Shown: one piece after another, positions 27,357-36,114 of the stretch
How positions within the stretch are numbered: position 1 is the first letter of the stretch
Layout of the letters: each line of letters starts with the position of its first letter
Virus record (IMG/VR): IMGVR_UViG_3300045051_000179
Location: 1 to 47,050 of that record
Strand: one strand, 5' to 3'
DNA: 47,050 nucleotides
From: a virus
Taxonomy: Duplodnaviria > Heunggongvirae > Uroviricota > Caudoviricetes
The notes under the pieces: model-generated
What the model was told of the DNA's origin: nothing
The model's database searches: none
What the model saw: the letters and a program-made list of their open reading frames with translations, nothing else
Translations under genes and position numbers: made by a program

Positions 27357-27634
27357 ACTTCGAGGTTGAAATTCCTTTTGATCCGGAAACAGAATCTATC
27401 TACTGCTCATTCTGCGGATCGAGACTAGAGAAATCTGGCCACATGTTCTCAGTCCACATGCTCTGTCCTAAGCATGGAGAGTTTACGATATCGCCAATTG
27501 TGATGAGTGAAAAGGGTAAGTGGTTTATTCTGACCGACAGGACTACAGCAAGTATGTGGGAAACCTGTAGAGTCGTTGATTCAAGACATAAAGACGGATC
27601 GCCATATGATCCGCGAGAAACGAGAGTAATATGA
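27353..27634 (+). CDS. zinc-ribbon protein
   Basis: CSFC..CPKHG. Confidence 0.7.
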   Translation: MNFEVEIPFDPETESIYCSFCGSRLEKSGHMFSVHMLCPKHGEFTISPIVMSEKGKWFILTDRTTASMWETCRVVDSRHKDGSPYDPRETRVI

Positions 27635-27894
27635 TCAGTCTAAAGTATTTCACCGCGCCTTGGTGCGTGCCATGCAAGACCTTCGGCCCGATAATGGCTG
27701 AATTTGCCGCAAATAACCCTGACCTCGACCACGAGAGGGTCGATGTCGAGGCCGATCCTAGCGCCTCGGCCAGATACGAAGTTCTCTCTATCCCCACCGT
27801 CATCGTCTTTCAGGACGGCGTAGAAGCAGGTAGATTCTCCGGAGCACGAACATACGACTATGTTGAGCGTTTTCTCAACTCATTCACAGGATGA
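27631..27894 (+). CDS. trxA: thioredoxin
   Basis: FTAPWCVPCK active site; V.SIPT. Confidence 0.95.
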   Translation: MISLKYFTAPWCVPCKTFGPIMAEFAANNPDLDHERVDVEADPSASARYEVLSIPTVIVFQDGVEAGRFSGARTYDYVERFLNSFTG

Positions 27895-27900
27895 ACGTAC

Positions 27901-28341
27901 GTGGGATATGATCTAGTTCCTCGAAACAAGAAGGCCGAAGGATTTTACTTCGGTGCCTTCTCGTGGCCATTCTTTCTAGGGCATGCTGGTCTTATCTGGC
28001 CCGCTATCTTCAAGGGTCCGCGCTGGTTCGTAGTAAACGGGATTGATAAACGAGTTGAGAGTGACTATCCTAGTCTCATTTCGAACGACGGATTTCGTGT
28101 TACAGCCGAGGAAGCACGATGGTTGGGAAGGATTGCGTTTAATCTAGCCTCAATGAATGAAGTTCTCCTCGTAGAGACAAAGCCGACAGACCCCAAAAAT
28201 CAAACACGGGGCAGATTTATTGACGGTGAGTATTACAGCACCGAAGGCCCTGACTTCCGAACTTTCCGTGAAGATTGGAATGAGATTCTATACCGATTTT
28301 CGAAGTGGGCACCAACCTCGTCCGGATTCACAATTCACTAA
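27901..28341 (+). CDS. conserved phage protein
   Basis: MGYDL..W...SNDGF.VTAEEA..F...SSGF.I pattern. Confidence 0.75.
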   Translation: MGYDLVPRNKKAEGFYFGAFSWPFFLGHAGLIWPAIFKGPRWFVVNGIDKRVESDYPSLISNDGFRVTAEEARWLGRIAFNLASMNEVLLVETKPTDPKNQTRGRFIDGEYYSTEGPDFRTFREDWNEILYRFSKWAPTSSGFTIH

Positions 28342-28350
28342 AGGACCGCT

Positions 28351-30855
28351 ATGACTTCTATTGACATCACCCAGTACCCCGACACTGTTACCGAATTCGG
28401 TGGCAATGAGCAGCGTGCCACAGTCTTCCTTGATCGCTACTCTCTGAAAGATCAGCAGGGTAATCCCACTGAACGCAGCCCCAAGGAAATGTGGGCGCGA
28501 GTGGCAACAGCCATCAGCAACGACGATCTTGAGCGTGCTCAATTTCGTGATCTGCTCGATGGCTTTAAGTTTGTGCCCGGTGGTCGAATCTTAGCCGGTG
28601 CCGGAACTGGAACAGAAGTTACCTACTACAACTGCTTCGTGATTCCAGTTGAGACAAAGGCCCGTCGCCAGAACCGTTGGCCAGCCACGGAAATCAAGGC
28701 TGAAAATGAATTTGAGGAGTACGAGTGGCGAGTTCCGCCAATTCTTCCTGATCCCGGTTCTGACTCTCGTGAGGCGATCTTCGACACCATTGGCCTGATG
28801 GTAGACATCATGAGCCGTGGTGGTGGCGTGGGAATCAACTGGTCTGTCCTTCGTCCGAAGGGCGCACACCTAAAGAGAGTCAATGGAACGACATCTGGCC
28901 CGGTTTCGTGGATGGATGTCGCGTCCAAGGCAGTTGGCGTCGTGGAGCAGGGTGGCTCTCGTCGTGGTGCTGCCATGTTCATGTTGGATGACTGGCACCC
29001 AGACGTAGAGGAGTTCATCGATGCAAAGCGGAATTTCGGCGTCATCACTAACGCGAACGTTAGCGTTGCTGTATCAGACGAGTTCATGGCAGCCGTTGAA
29101 AGTGACAGTGACTGGGAACTTCGATTCCCCGACACAAGTGATCCTAGATATAACACTGACTGGGACGGAGACCTTGAGGGATGGATCGCTCGTGGAGGTA
29201 ATGTTGTCAATTACCGCACGGTGCGGGCCAAAGACCTTTGGAGAAGCCTTGCGGCTGCTGCTTGGGCTTCAGGAGAACCCGGTGTGGTCTTCTTGGGTCG
29301 ATACAATGGGAAGTCTACAGGACGTGGCGTGGAACGTATCATCAGCGTCAATCCGTGTGGGGAACAGGGTCTAGGCCCATATTCGGTCTGTAATCTAGGC
29401 GCGATGAATCTCGATGCATATGTTGAGCAGAAGAAGGATAAGAATGTCTTCAATTGGAAGCGCTTCCAAGATGATGTTCGAACTGCTACCGCATTCCTTG
29501 ACAACATCATCGACAAGACACATTACTTCATTCCCGAGAACGAAAAGGTCCAGAAGGAACTCCGTAGGATCGGGCTTGGCGTGATGGGTCTTGCTGATGC
29601 GTTGATTGGTCTTGGTCTCCGATATGGATCGCCCGAGGCGCAGGAATTCACGCACGAAGTCTTCACTGTCATGAAGGTTCAGGCAATCAAGGAGTCTGCG
29701 TCTCGGGCTGCGAGCCTAGGACCGGCTCCCGCTTGGCGTGACGAGATGACGAAGCGTCCATACTTCGATAGCCTTCGAGATACGCCGATGTTCTCGTCTG
29801 TTCGAAAGAACGGCCTGCGGAACATCTTCCTGCTCACGCAGGCTCCAACGGGCACAACGTCCCTGCTGGCAGGTGTGAATTCTGGCATCGAACCATACTT
29901 CGCGTTTGAATACACACGCAAGGACCGAACCGGTACGCACATCATGAAGGCTCCGGCTATTGAGAAATATGCCGCCAAGGAGAGCGCCACAAAGAGGCCA
30001 TGGCTCGTGACCTCTAATGATGTCTCCGCAGAGGAGCATGTCTACATGCAGGCTGCGGCACAGGATAACATTGACTCGTCTGTATCAAAGACGATCAATG
30101 CTCCGAACAGCCACACCATTGAAGATGTAGAACTAGCGTACACCTTAGCCTATATCAATGGCTGCAAGGGTATTGCTTATTTCCGAGATGGTTGTGGTCG
30201 AGACCAAGTTCTCTACAAGGATGGCGTTCCTGTTGTCAGCGATGAGAAACTGAAGGACGCGCTAGCAACAATTGAGAAGTTGGAATTCGAGAATGCGGAC
30301 CTATACGAGCAGATTGACTCTCTCGCCCCGTACGGAATATCCTATAGCCGTCCTACGGTCTTGCAGGGTGAGACCCACCGCATCGTAACCAAGGCTGGAA
30401 CCGCCTATGTCACAATCAACCGTGACCAGTATGACGGCAAGCCGGTAGAAGTCTTCTTCAATGTCGGCAAGGCAGGATCAGACCTGACGGCTATGTCAGA
30501 GGGTCTGGGTCGAATCGCGTCACTTGCCCTCCGTCATGGAGCCTCACTTGGTGGGGTTGCTCATCAACTCGAAGGTGTCGGAGGTAATGGTAATCTTCAG
30601 AAGTCTATACCGGCTGCTATTTCTGAGGCGCTGACCAAATCGAATCAGAAGAAGAACTTCAAGGTAGAGGTCAATAGCGAAGAAATCAAGAGCGTCAAAC
30701 TTGAGGATATCGGTGTATTTGATGCAGCCGACCATCCCGAATTACCAACGCTCTCTGTTTCTCGCGCCGACCTCTGCCCCGAGTGTGGCAATGCTTCCCT
30801 CGTCAGAGAAGAAGGATGTTCCAAGTGTCAAGTCTGCGGGTACAGTGCGTGTTAG
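28351..30855 (+). CDS. nrdJ: class II (B12-dependent) ribonucleotide reductase with TSCPD and C-terminal Zn-ribbon domains
   Basis: YNCF, GGGVGIN, NPCGE, CNLG, APTGTTS, KGI.YFRDG, CPECG..EGC..C..CGYSAC. Confidence 0.96.
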   Translation: MTSIDITQYPDTVTEFGGNEQRATVFLDRYSLKDQQGNPTERSPKEMWARVATAISNDDLERAQFRDLLDGFKFVPGGRILAGAGTGTEVTYYNCFVIPVETKARRQNRWPATEIKAENEFEEYEWRVPPILPDPGSDSREAIFDTIGLMVDIMSRGGGVGINWSVLRPKGAHLKRVNGTTSGPVSWMDVASKAVGVVEQGGSRRGAAMFMLDDWHPDVEEFIDAKRNFGVITNANVSVAVSDEFMAAVESDSDWELRFPDTSDPRYNTDWDGDLEGWIARGGNVVNYRTVRAKDLWRSLAAAAWASGEPGVVFLGRYNGKSTGRGVERIISVNPCGEQGLGPYSVCNLGAMNLDAYVEQKKDKNVFNWKRFQDDVRTATAFLDNIIDKTHYFIPENEKVQKELRRIGLGVMGLADALIGLGLRYGSPEAQEFTHEVFTVMKVQAIKESASRAASLGPAPAWRDEMTKRPYFDSLRDTPMFSSVRKNGLRNIFLLTQAPTGTTSLLAGVNSGIEPYFAFEYTRKDRTGTHIMKAPAIEKYAAKESATKRPWLVTSNDVSAEEHVYMQAAAQDNIDSSVSKTINAPNSHTIEDVELAYTLAYINGCKGIAYFRDGCGRDQVLYKDGVPVVSDEKLKDALATIEKLEFENADLYEQIDSLAPYGISYSRPTVLQGETHRIVTKAGTAYVTINRDQYDGKPVEVFFNVGKAGSDLTAMSEGLGRIASLALRHGASLGGVAHQLEGVGGNGNLQKSIPAAISEALTKSNQKKNFKVEVNSEEIKSVKLEDIGVFDAADHPELPTLSVSRADLCPECGNASLVREEGCSKCQVCGYSAC

Positions 30856-30977
30856 TCCTATTATCGGTTGACATTTTCAGGTTCTTTGGAGTTGTCATCT
30901 TCGCATATTGCCTCGGGTGGTTCGCCTCGTGGTTAGCCTATGTCGGAATCCCAAATTGGAAAGCAAGGAGAAAGTAA
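30849..30977 (+). CDS. small membrane protein
   Basis: one TM plus basic tail; start refined. Confidence 0.55.
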   Translation: MLVLLSVDIFRFFGVVIFAYCLGWFASWLAYVGIPNWKARRK

Positions 30978-31166
30978 GTGCAAACCTATCAATTGGCTCT
31001 CATGATGAAGAAGAAGCCAGAAGACGAATGGTTGATCGCACAGATCACCCTTCAGCCGAAGGATTACACGGATATCCCCGCTGCTGTTCATCGAGCAGTT
31101 GACCCAATGCTCTTGTCGATGCTAGAGAACGACAAGGACGGAAAGGTCTTCAACGTGAAGAAGTAG
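30978..31166 (+). CDS. hypothetical protein
   Basis: AGGAG RBS plus GTG. Confidence 0.65.
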   Translation: MQTYQLALMMKKKPEDEWLIAQITLQPKDYTDIPAAVHRAVDPMLLSMLENDKDGKVFNVKK

Positions 31167-31354
31167 TGTACGATGTTACTGTGACCGTCAAACTTCCAGA
31201 TGGGGAGGAGGTTCGTGCCTTCTCAAGGGTGGATATTGATTCCTTTCCAGATAAAGAAGAAGCGATGGATGAAATTGGATCATTAATGATGCGAGAAGTC
31301 TACGAAGCCATTTTGGAGAAGAAGTCCCGAGTGTCCGTCCTGCACCTACCGTGA
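31166..31354 (+). CDS. hypothetical protein
   Basis: overlap-coupled. Confidence 0.65.
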   Translation: MYDVTVTVKLPDGEEVRAFSRVDIDSFPDKEEAMDEIGSLMMREVYEAILEKKSRVSVLHLP

Positions 31355-31387
31355 ATCCTATGTTCCACAATCCAGTTGGAGAATGTA

Positions 31388-31582
31388 ATGGCGATAACGC
31401 TTAACTACGACGATCCCGTAATCTTTGCAAAGTGCTCTGGCGAGTGCTGCAAATCCCGACCGGGGAAGAAAGTTGGTAACTACTTCGCCAAGGCATATAC
31501 CGAACGTCGATGGCGTCACGGTCCTGTCTGCGACAACTGCAACGCACCGATGGTGAAGTTGTATGAGGTTGAGCGTGAATAA
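31388..31582 (+). CDS. zinc-ribbon protein
   Basis: C..ECC...CDNC; GGAG RBS. Confidence 0.65.
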   Translation: MAITLNYDDPVIFAKCSGECCKSRPGKKVGNYFAKAYTERRWRHGPVCDNCNAPMVKLYEVERE

Positions 31583-31925
31583 GGGATATACCGACAACAA
31601 GTGGCGAGAATGCTGCTCTGCGTATGTCAAAGATAGCGGCGGGCTAATGATAGAATGGCTAGGAGAGGCCCTTAATCCTCGAAGGCAAAGTTCCATAATC
31701 CGTAGGAGAGTCTATCTTAGTAGTATCCTTTGGTTGCTCAAGATCGACCTTAATATCATCACCGGACGCTATGCATACAGGGACAATGGTCGCTGCCCTT
31801 GGCACAACATGACCGGAGTCTTCGGTTGGCAGAATTACCAAGGCGTTACGAAGGCAGTCAAGGACGATCCTGATTTCGAAGAACACCTAGGGCCGATAGA
31901 AATCATCCCAAAAGAGATGTTGTAG
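31575..31925 (+). CDS. hypothetical protein
   Basis: overlap-coupled; start refined. Confidence 0.6.
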   Translation: MNKGYTDNKWRECCSAYVKDSGGLMIEWLGEALNPRRQSSIIRRRVYLSSILWLLKIDLNIITGRYAYRDNGRCPWHNMTGVFGWQNYQGVTKAVKDDPDFEEHLGPIEIIPKEML

Positions 31926-32018
31926 GTAGTTAGTCCCAGTTGCAGGGATGTCTAATTCCTGATACACTAACGGCATAAGTGTCCAGTTTATGAGACACAG
32001 ACAATGTACGGAGGTACA

Positions 32019-32639
32019 ATGCGAAAGTTTGCATCTATTCTAGCCATTGGGCTTCTGCTGGCATCGACCAGCATTGCCCTTGCAACCAAGCCTGATACTA
32101 ATGGCCAGCATCAGGTTTGGGTTTGTAAGTACGTAGGCCAGCCCGGTGACTTCGAGACCCTCAAGCCCGGTAAGAACCCCATCATCGTTGATGTCGCCGC
32201 TGCCGACGCTTTTGTTGGAGCAGACTTCGCAGATGGCCAGACCCACTCATTTGTTATCGACCTAGCCACGGATGAAAACACCGGACAGGGCGAGAAGTAT
32301 ACAGGCGAGGCTACATGCCCAACGCCTGAGTCAACTCCTGCACCAACTGAAACGCCTTTCGTGACGCCGGAAGTTACTCCTGAGATTACGCCTGAGCCGA
32401 CCGTCAACCCAACTCCTGAGATTACACCAGAAGTCACGCCAGAGGTTACACCTGAAGTGACGCCCGAGGTTACTCCGGAGGCCCTACCTTCGCCTGATAC
32501 TGGTGGTGGCCCAACGCTTCCGCCGACCGATACCATTGATTCCGGCTCGACCCAGAGCAATAGCCCTCTAGCATTCATACTGTTGATGCTATCGGCTATC
32601 TCTGGTGCGTTTGCCGTCCTACTTCCTAAGAGGAGTTAA
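32019..32639 (+). CDS. secreted surface protein with TPE-repeat stalk and C-terminal sorting-like signal
   Basis: signal peptide; VWVCKYVG domain with three Cys; (V/I)TPE repeats; TLPPTDT, TM, PKRS tail. Confidence 0.85.
   Translation: MRKFASILAIGLLLASTSIALATKPDTNGQHQVWVCKYVGQPGDFETLKPGKNPIIVDVAAADAFVGADFADGQTHSFVIDLATDENTGQGEKYTGEATCPTPESTPAPTETPFVTPEVTPEITPEPTVNPTPEITPEVTPEVTPEVTPEVTPEALPSPDTGGGPTLPPTDTIDSGSTQSNSPLAFILLMLSAISGAFAVLLPKRS
32320..32490 (+). repeat. coding 12-nt tandem repeats (TPEV/TPEI stalk)
   Basis: synonymously diverged acN-ccN-gaR-gtN units. Confidence 0.8.
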
Positions 32640-32640
32640 C

Positions 32641-33345
32641 TTGGAACCTGTAGTCCGTCTGCTCACGACCACTCAGCCAATTTTTGAGAAAACATTAACA
32701 GAAACTATCGATGACTACCAGCGCTTTGAGGCGTTCTATGTCTATCCGTATCTGAAGGATGAACTTGATATTGTTGAGTACGCGGGCAGATGGGACTACG
32801 GGGAGAATTCAATCTCAAAGATGGGGGATCGTAGCATCATCTCTCGATGGCTGGCCTCTGGCGAGGAGAGCATGATCGAGATGGTAGATGCTACGTTCTT
32901 CATCGAATGTAGTCGAGTGGTAACACACGAACTTGTTCGCCATCGACTGGCTTCTTATCAGCAGGAGAGTCAGCGTTTTGTTCGGTACGATGGAGTTGAT
33001 GTTGATGATCTATTTATCATGCCCGACGAACTTACAGAAGAACAAGCAGCGCTGATGAAGGTCTCGTTCCAGCAAGCGAAGGATGCCTATCTTGCCCTCA
33101 AGGCTGCTGGCGTCAAGAATCAGATCGCTCGCTATGTTCTACCGAACTCGACTCGTACGAGGATCATTGCCAAGATGGACCTCAGGGAGTGGCGTCATGT
33201 TCTTCGTCTTCGGGCTCATACATCCGCGCAGCCGGAGTTCAGGGTGATTGCTCTCAAGATTCTTGATATCTTGAATGGACGATACCCGGAGGTATTTGCC
33301 GATGTCAAAAAAGACATTGAAGCACAAGTCCGCGCAGCCCGCTGA
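32641..33345 (+). CDS. thyX: FAD-dependent thymidylate synthase
   Basis: THELVRHRLASYQQESQRFV; AR.VLP; DLREWRH...AQPE.R; TTG start. Confidence 0.95.
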   Translation: MEPVVRLLTTTQPIFEKTLTETIDDYQRFEAFYVYPYLKDELDIVEYAGRWDYGENSISKMGDRSIISRWLASGEESMIEMVDATFFIECSRVVTHELVRHRLASYQQESQRFVRYDGVDVDDLFIMPDELTEEQAALMKVSFQQAKDAYLALKAAGVKNQIARYVLPNSTRTRIIAKMDLREWRHVLRLRAHTSAQPEFRVIALKILDILNGRYPEVFADVKKDIEAQVRAAR

Positions 33346-33460
33346 ACAACAGAAAGGTCTGAGTCTTCTTGACTGGGCTATAGCCAAGCATACAGAATGG
33401 CAGTGTCCCGGTCGATGCTTCCCAATAGTTCATCGTCCTTGGATGCAGGTAATCCAATGA
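33302..33460 (+). CDS. hypothetical protein
   Basis: ends in ATGA overlap with next gene; C..C..H. Confidence 0.45.
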   Translation: MSKKTLKHKSAQPAEQQKGLSLLDWAIAKHTEWQCPGRCFPIVHRPWMQVIQ

Positions 33461-33696
33461 TCACGATGTACCCACCGACTAAGCAGTGCAAGAACTGCTT
33501 CACATTCAAGACACTGGATAACTTCAGTCGCGATAAGTCGCGTGGCGACGGGCTGGACCGGAGATGCAAGCAGTGTCATAAGGACTATGACGCAGCAAGA
33601 AATGTTAAGGCATCTAAACAATTAAACAGCAGACAAAAGCCCTTCCAAAACTGGACAAATGAGGACATTGGGGCCTTTCGTGTCCCACAAAGGTAG
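33457..33696 (+). CDS. CxxC-CxxC zinc-finger protein of the type found at the N-terminus of EndoVII/HNH endonucleases, no nuclease domain
   Basis: KQCKNC...K.LDNF..D..RGDGL...CKQC. Confidence 0.7.
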   Translation: MITMYPPTKQCKNCFTFKTLDNFSRDKSRGDGLDRRCKQCHKDYDAARNVKASKQLNSRQKPFQNWTNEDIGAFRVPQR

Positions 33697-33792
33697 TTCA
33701 CCCCGCCTATATTGAGTAGAGAGGGCTTTGTATCTCTGTGTCTGTTTTATAGTTGGCCCACCGGTCAGGGTGGCCGTGGGGAGAGCAACTGA

Positions 33793-34197
33793 ATGGACAA
33801 CCAAGCACTTGTTGCGCTTCTTGCCCAACTACCACTCGTGGGCGCTTTCTTCTTCGCGCTGCAAAAGAAGTGGATATACATTGGTACCAATGTCACCCAA
33901 CTCCTAGAAGAAAATGATCAGCAGATTGCTGACCGACAAAAACAAATCGAGACTCTTGCTACGTTCAATGCTGATCGTATCAAAGAGATTAAGGCTGAAC
34001 ACCAAGTCGAATTGGCAGCAGCGAACGCCCGTGCGGATCGAGAGCGTGAGGATCGCATCGCCGCAGATGAGCGCACCGCCAAGATGGCAGTCTCCTTAAC
34101 GGAGGCGACCAGTGTTATGGAGCGATCTGTTGCCCTACACGAACAGGCTGCTCTAGGAGCGGGCAATGCTGCACGACCAAGACGAACAACGCGCTAG
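33793..34197 (+). CDS. membrane-anchored coiled-coil protein
   Basis: N-terminal TM then heptad-like region. Confidence 0.75.
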   Translation: MDNQALVALLAQLPLVGAFFFALQKKWIYIGTNVTQLLEENDQQIADRQKQIETLATFNADRIKEIKAEHQVELAAANARADREREDRIAADERTAKMAVSLTEATSVMERSVALHEQAALGAGNAARPRRTTR

Positions 34198-34366
34198 TCA
34201 TCAGGAAATAATCGATATCGCAGATGAAGCACTGTCCGTGGCAGGAGAGGCCATCAAGGTAGCACGAGAGAAACTAAAAGTTGCCCAGCGCAACTACGCA
34301 GACCGTATGCGCCTGCCAACCCTTGAGGCCCAAAATGGACAACGCAACCATACTCAGCATCTTTAA
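34166..34366 (+). CDS. small helical protein
   Basis: GGAG RBS; overlap-coupled. Confidence 0.6.
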   Translation: MLHDQDEQRASHQEIIDIADEALSVAGEAIKVAREKLKVAQRNYADRMRLPTLEAQNGQRNHTQHL

Positions 34367-34646
34367 CTCCATATCACTAAGCCTGTTTGTCACGATTAGT
34401 CTCCTTATTGCTGGTAGAATTGGCTATCGAGCACTGGTCTATCGTAAGGCTCAAGAGAAACTTCCGATCCTGCTTAAGAGAGACTTGTACCTGTTCTCAT
34501 CCATCGGACTGTTCATGATCCTGCTAGCCTTCATCAGGGTAGCCGGGATTCAGGGCTTACAGCAAAATATCTTCTGGCTAGCCTTTACGAACTTCCTGTT
34601 GCTTGGTCCATTTGCCTTTTGGGCCTACGTGGAGTGGACACAGTAA
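34335..34646 (+). CDS. three-TM membrane protein, holin-like candidate
   Basis: three hydrophobic helices in 103 aa. Confidence 0.65.
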   Translation: MDNATILSIFNSISLSLFVTISLLIAGRIGYRALVYRKAQEKLPILLKRDLYLFSSIGLFMILLAFIRVAGIQGLQQNIFWLAFTNFLLLGPFAFWAYVEWTQ

Positions 34647-35077
34647 TGGCTAAGTTCGAGGCTGAGATTCGCAGGATAGATCAGTTATCTGCGGCAGAGT
34701 CTCGTCGCGTCGATGGTATCCTCCGCGAGCGCGAGTTAGCCGTGAATGCAGCGCTAGTCTCTCAGGAGAAGGCAATTCAAGCCGCTCTTGCTGCATCCGA
34801 GAAAGCCGTAAGCAAGGCCGAGACCGCAACAGAGAAGCGCTTCGAATCAGTCAATGAGTTCCGTGGACAACTAGCGGATCAGACCGCTGGATTTCTATCA
34901 AGGGTCGAGTATCTTGCAGACCAGCGAGCAATGAACGAAAAGTTGGACGCTATCAAGGGCTTTCAGGGGAATCAGGTCGGGGCTAGTAGCGCGATTACCA
35001 ATGGCTGGAAATACATCCTATCCGTTGGCTCTTTGATAATCGGTATAGTTGGCATCTACATCGCCACTCATCCCTAA
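34646..35077 (+). CDS. coiled-coil protein with C-terminal TM
   Basis: AALAASEKAV.KAE.ATEKRFESVNEFR pattern; TAATG overlap. Confidence 0.75.
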   Translation: MAKFEAEIRRIDQLSAAESRRVDGILRERELAVNAALVSQEKAIQAALAASEKAVSKAETATEKRFESVNEFRGQLADQTAGFLSRVEYLADQRAMNEKLDAIKGFQGNQVGASSAITNGWKYILSVGSLIIGIVGIYIATHP

Positions 35078-35086
35078 AATTCCCTC

Positions 35087-35115
35087 TTGACAGGTCTTGC
35101 CAGAACGGCTATAAT
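35087..35115 (+). promoter_or_regulatory. perfect-consensus sigma70 promoter
   Basis: TTGACA-17-TATAAT. Confidence 0.9.
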
Positions 35116-35185
35116 CGCACCCATGCAGTTCAGGAGTAGACGCCTGCCGACTGCCCCCCGGAAATAAGAAGGCCAAAATTACCTC

Positions 35186-35214
35186 TTGACAACGGTTAGG
35201 TAGACCGCTATACT
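35186..35214 (+). promoter_or_regulatory. sigma70-type promoter
   Basis: TTGACA-17-TATACT. Confidence 0.85.
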
Positions 35215-35221
35215 TCTCGAC

Positions 35222-35333
35222 AGCCCCTCGGAGATAGGGCGATACTGCTTGGAAGTAAGGCTTGTAGATGAAACAACCTTCATCTCCCCTGAAACCTACG
35301 ACCAACCCGAAACCGGTTGTTCTCCGAGGGGCT
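35222..35333 (+). ncRNA. small structured RNA
   Basis: 13-bp terminal stem AGCCCCTCGGAGA/TCTCCGAGGGGCT starting at the predicted TSS; two internal hairpins. Confidence 0.5.
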
Positions 35334-35369
35334 CTAGAGGGGCTTGAAAAATTCTCCGAAAATAGGGTA

Positions 35370-35398
35370 TTGACAAACTGCCAGAAACATGGTAGAAT
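35370..35398 (+). promoter_or_regulatory. sigma70-type promoter with extended -10
   Basis: TTGACA-17-TAGAAT. Confidence 0.85.
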
Positions 35399-35555
35399 GC
35401 TCTACTCAATCAAAAATCGTCTGGTGTAATAGGTCTTCGGGCTCTATGGAAAACGGGCGATCTGGTATCTAGGTACCACTCACGCTGAGATATGTCGTGG
35501 GCTAGGTCGTAATCCTAGAGTCTGAACTTCAACACTAACGTGAGAGTCAACCAAT

Positions 35556-35629
35556 CAGGGTGTGGTGTAATGGCCGCGCCGCCGCTTTGGGAGCGGACGA
35601 TGGAGGTTCGATTCCTCTCTCCCTGACCA
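35556..35629 (+). tRNA. tRNA-Pro(TGG)
   Basis: cloverleaf, loop TTTGGGA, CCA. Confidence 0.85.
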
Positions 35630-35630
35630 T

Positions 35631-35710
35631 AGATTCGAAACTAACTTAGATGGACTAAGAGCAGCCTCCAAATCTGCCAGTAAGGGGTTCGATTCCTCTC
35701 GTCTCTGCCA
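35631..35710 (+). tRNA. tRNA-Trp(CCA), degenerate
   Basis: loop CTCCAAA, T-arm, CCA; acceptor mismatches. Confidence 0.6.
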
Positions 35711-35711
35711 T

Positions 35712-35787
35712 AGCAGTCTTCATGGTAGGTACCCGACTGGCCTCATAAGCCAAGTCTTTAGCGGCTCAATTCCGCAGGCTGCAACCA
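35712..35787 (+). tRNA. tRNA-Met(CAT), atypical
   Basis: loop CTCATAA; 1:72 mismatch; CCA. Confidence 0.65.
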
Positions 35788-35789
35788 AA

Positions 35790-36090
35790 TACTACGGATT
35801 GTTGCAACTCTCCGTATGAGTCAAGGGTCGCGAGGTACGCTCTATATGGGCTACCTAGAAGCAGGTGGATGAAAGAGAACAGGCCACTAAGGTGACTCAA
35901 CCTCGTCCTTGATAACCAAATACTTTACTCCGGCCCGATAAACGGAAGTCAGCAACGGGGTAGCCGGAACAAATCGAGTGAGTGACTCTAACAGGCTCGA
36001 TCAATCAAACGCTGGGGACACGAACGGTTCCCTTTCATAGATGTCGCGCATCTATGGCTCAACTAAAGAAAGGATGGTGTTCCATATGAC
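35790..36090 (+). ncRNA. about 300-nt structured RNA of unknown class
   Basis: multiple stems and crossing pairings GAGTCA/TGACTC and GGAACA/TGTTCC. Confidence 0.45.
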
Positions 36091-36114
36091 TATACTCTAG
36101 AAAGGAGGTAGTCA

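Noticed and set aside
28351-30855. Genome-wide TAG reassignment (genetic code 15)
   Set aside because: nrdJ ends at TAG right after its natural C-terminal CGYSAC, several other genes end in TAG at tight junctions, and long genes contain no internal TAG.
32320-32490. CRISPR-like or regulatory repeat array
   Set aside because: The repeats are in-frame TPE(V/I) codons with synonymous variation and no spacers.
33457-33696. HNH or EndoVII homing endonuclease beside thyX
   Set aside because: Only the N-terminal zinc finger is present; no nuclease motif follows in any nearby frame I checked.
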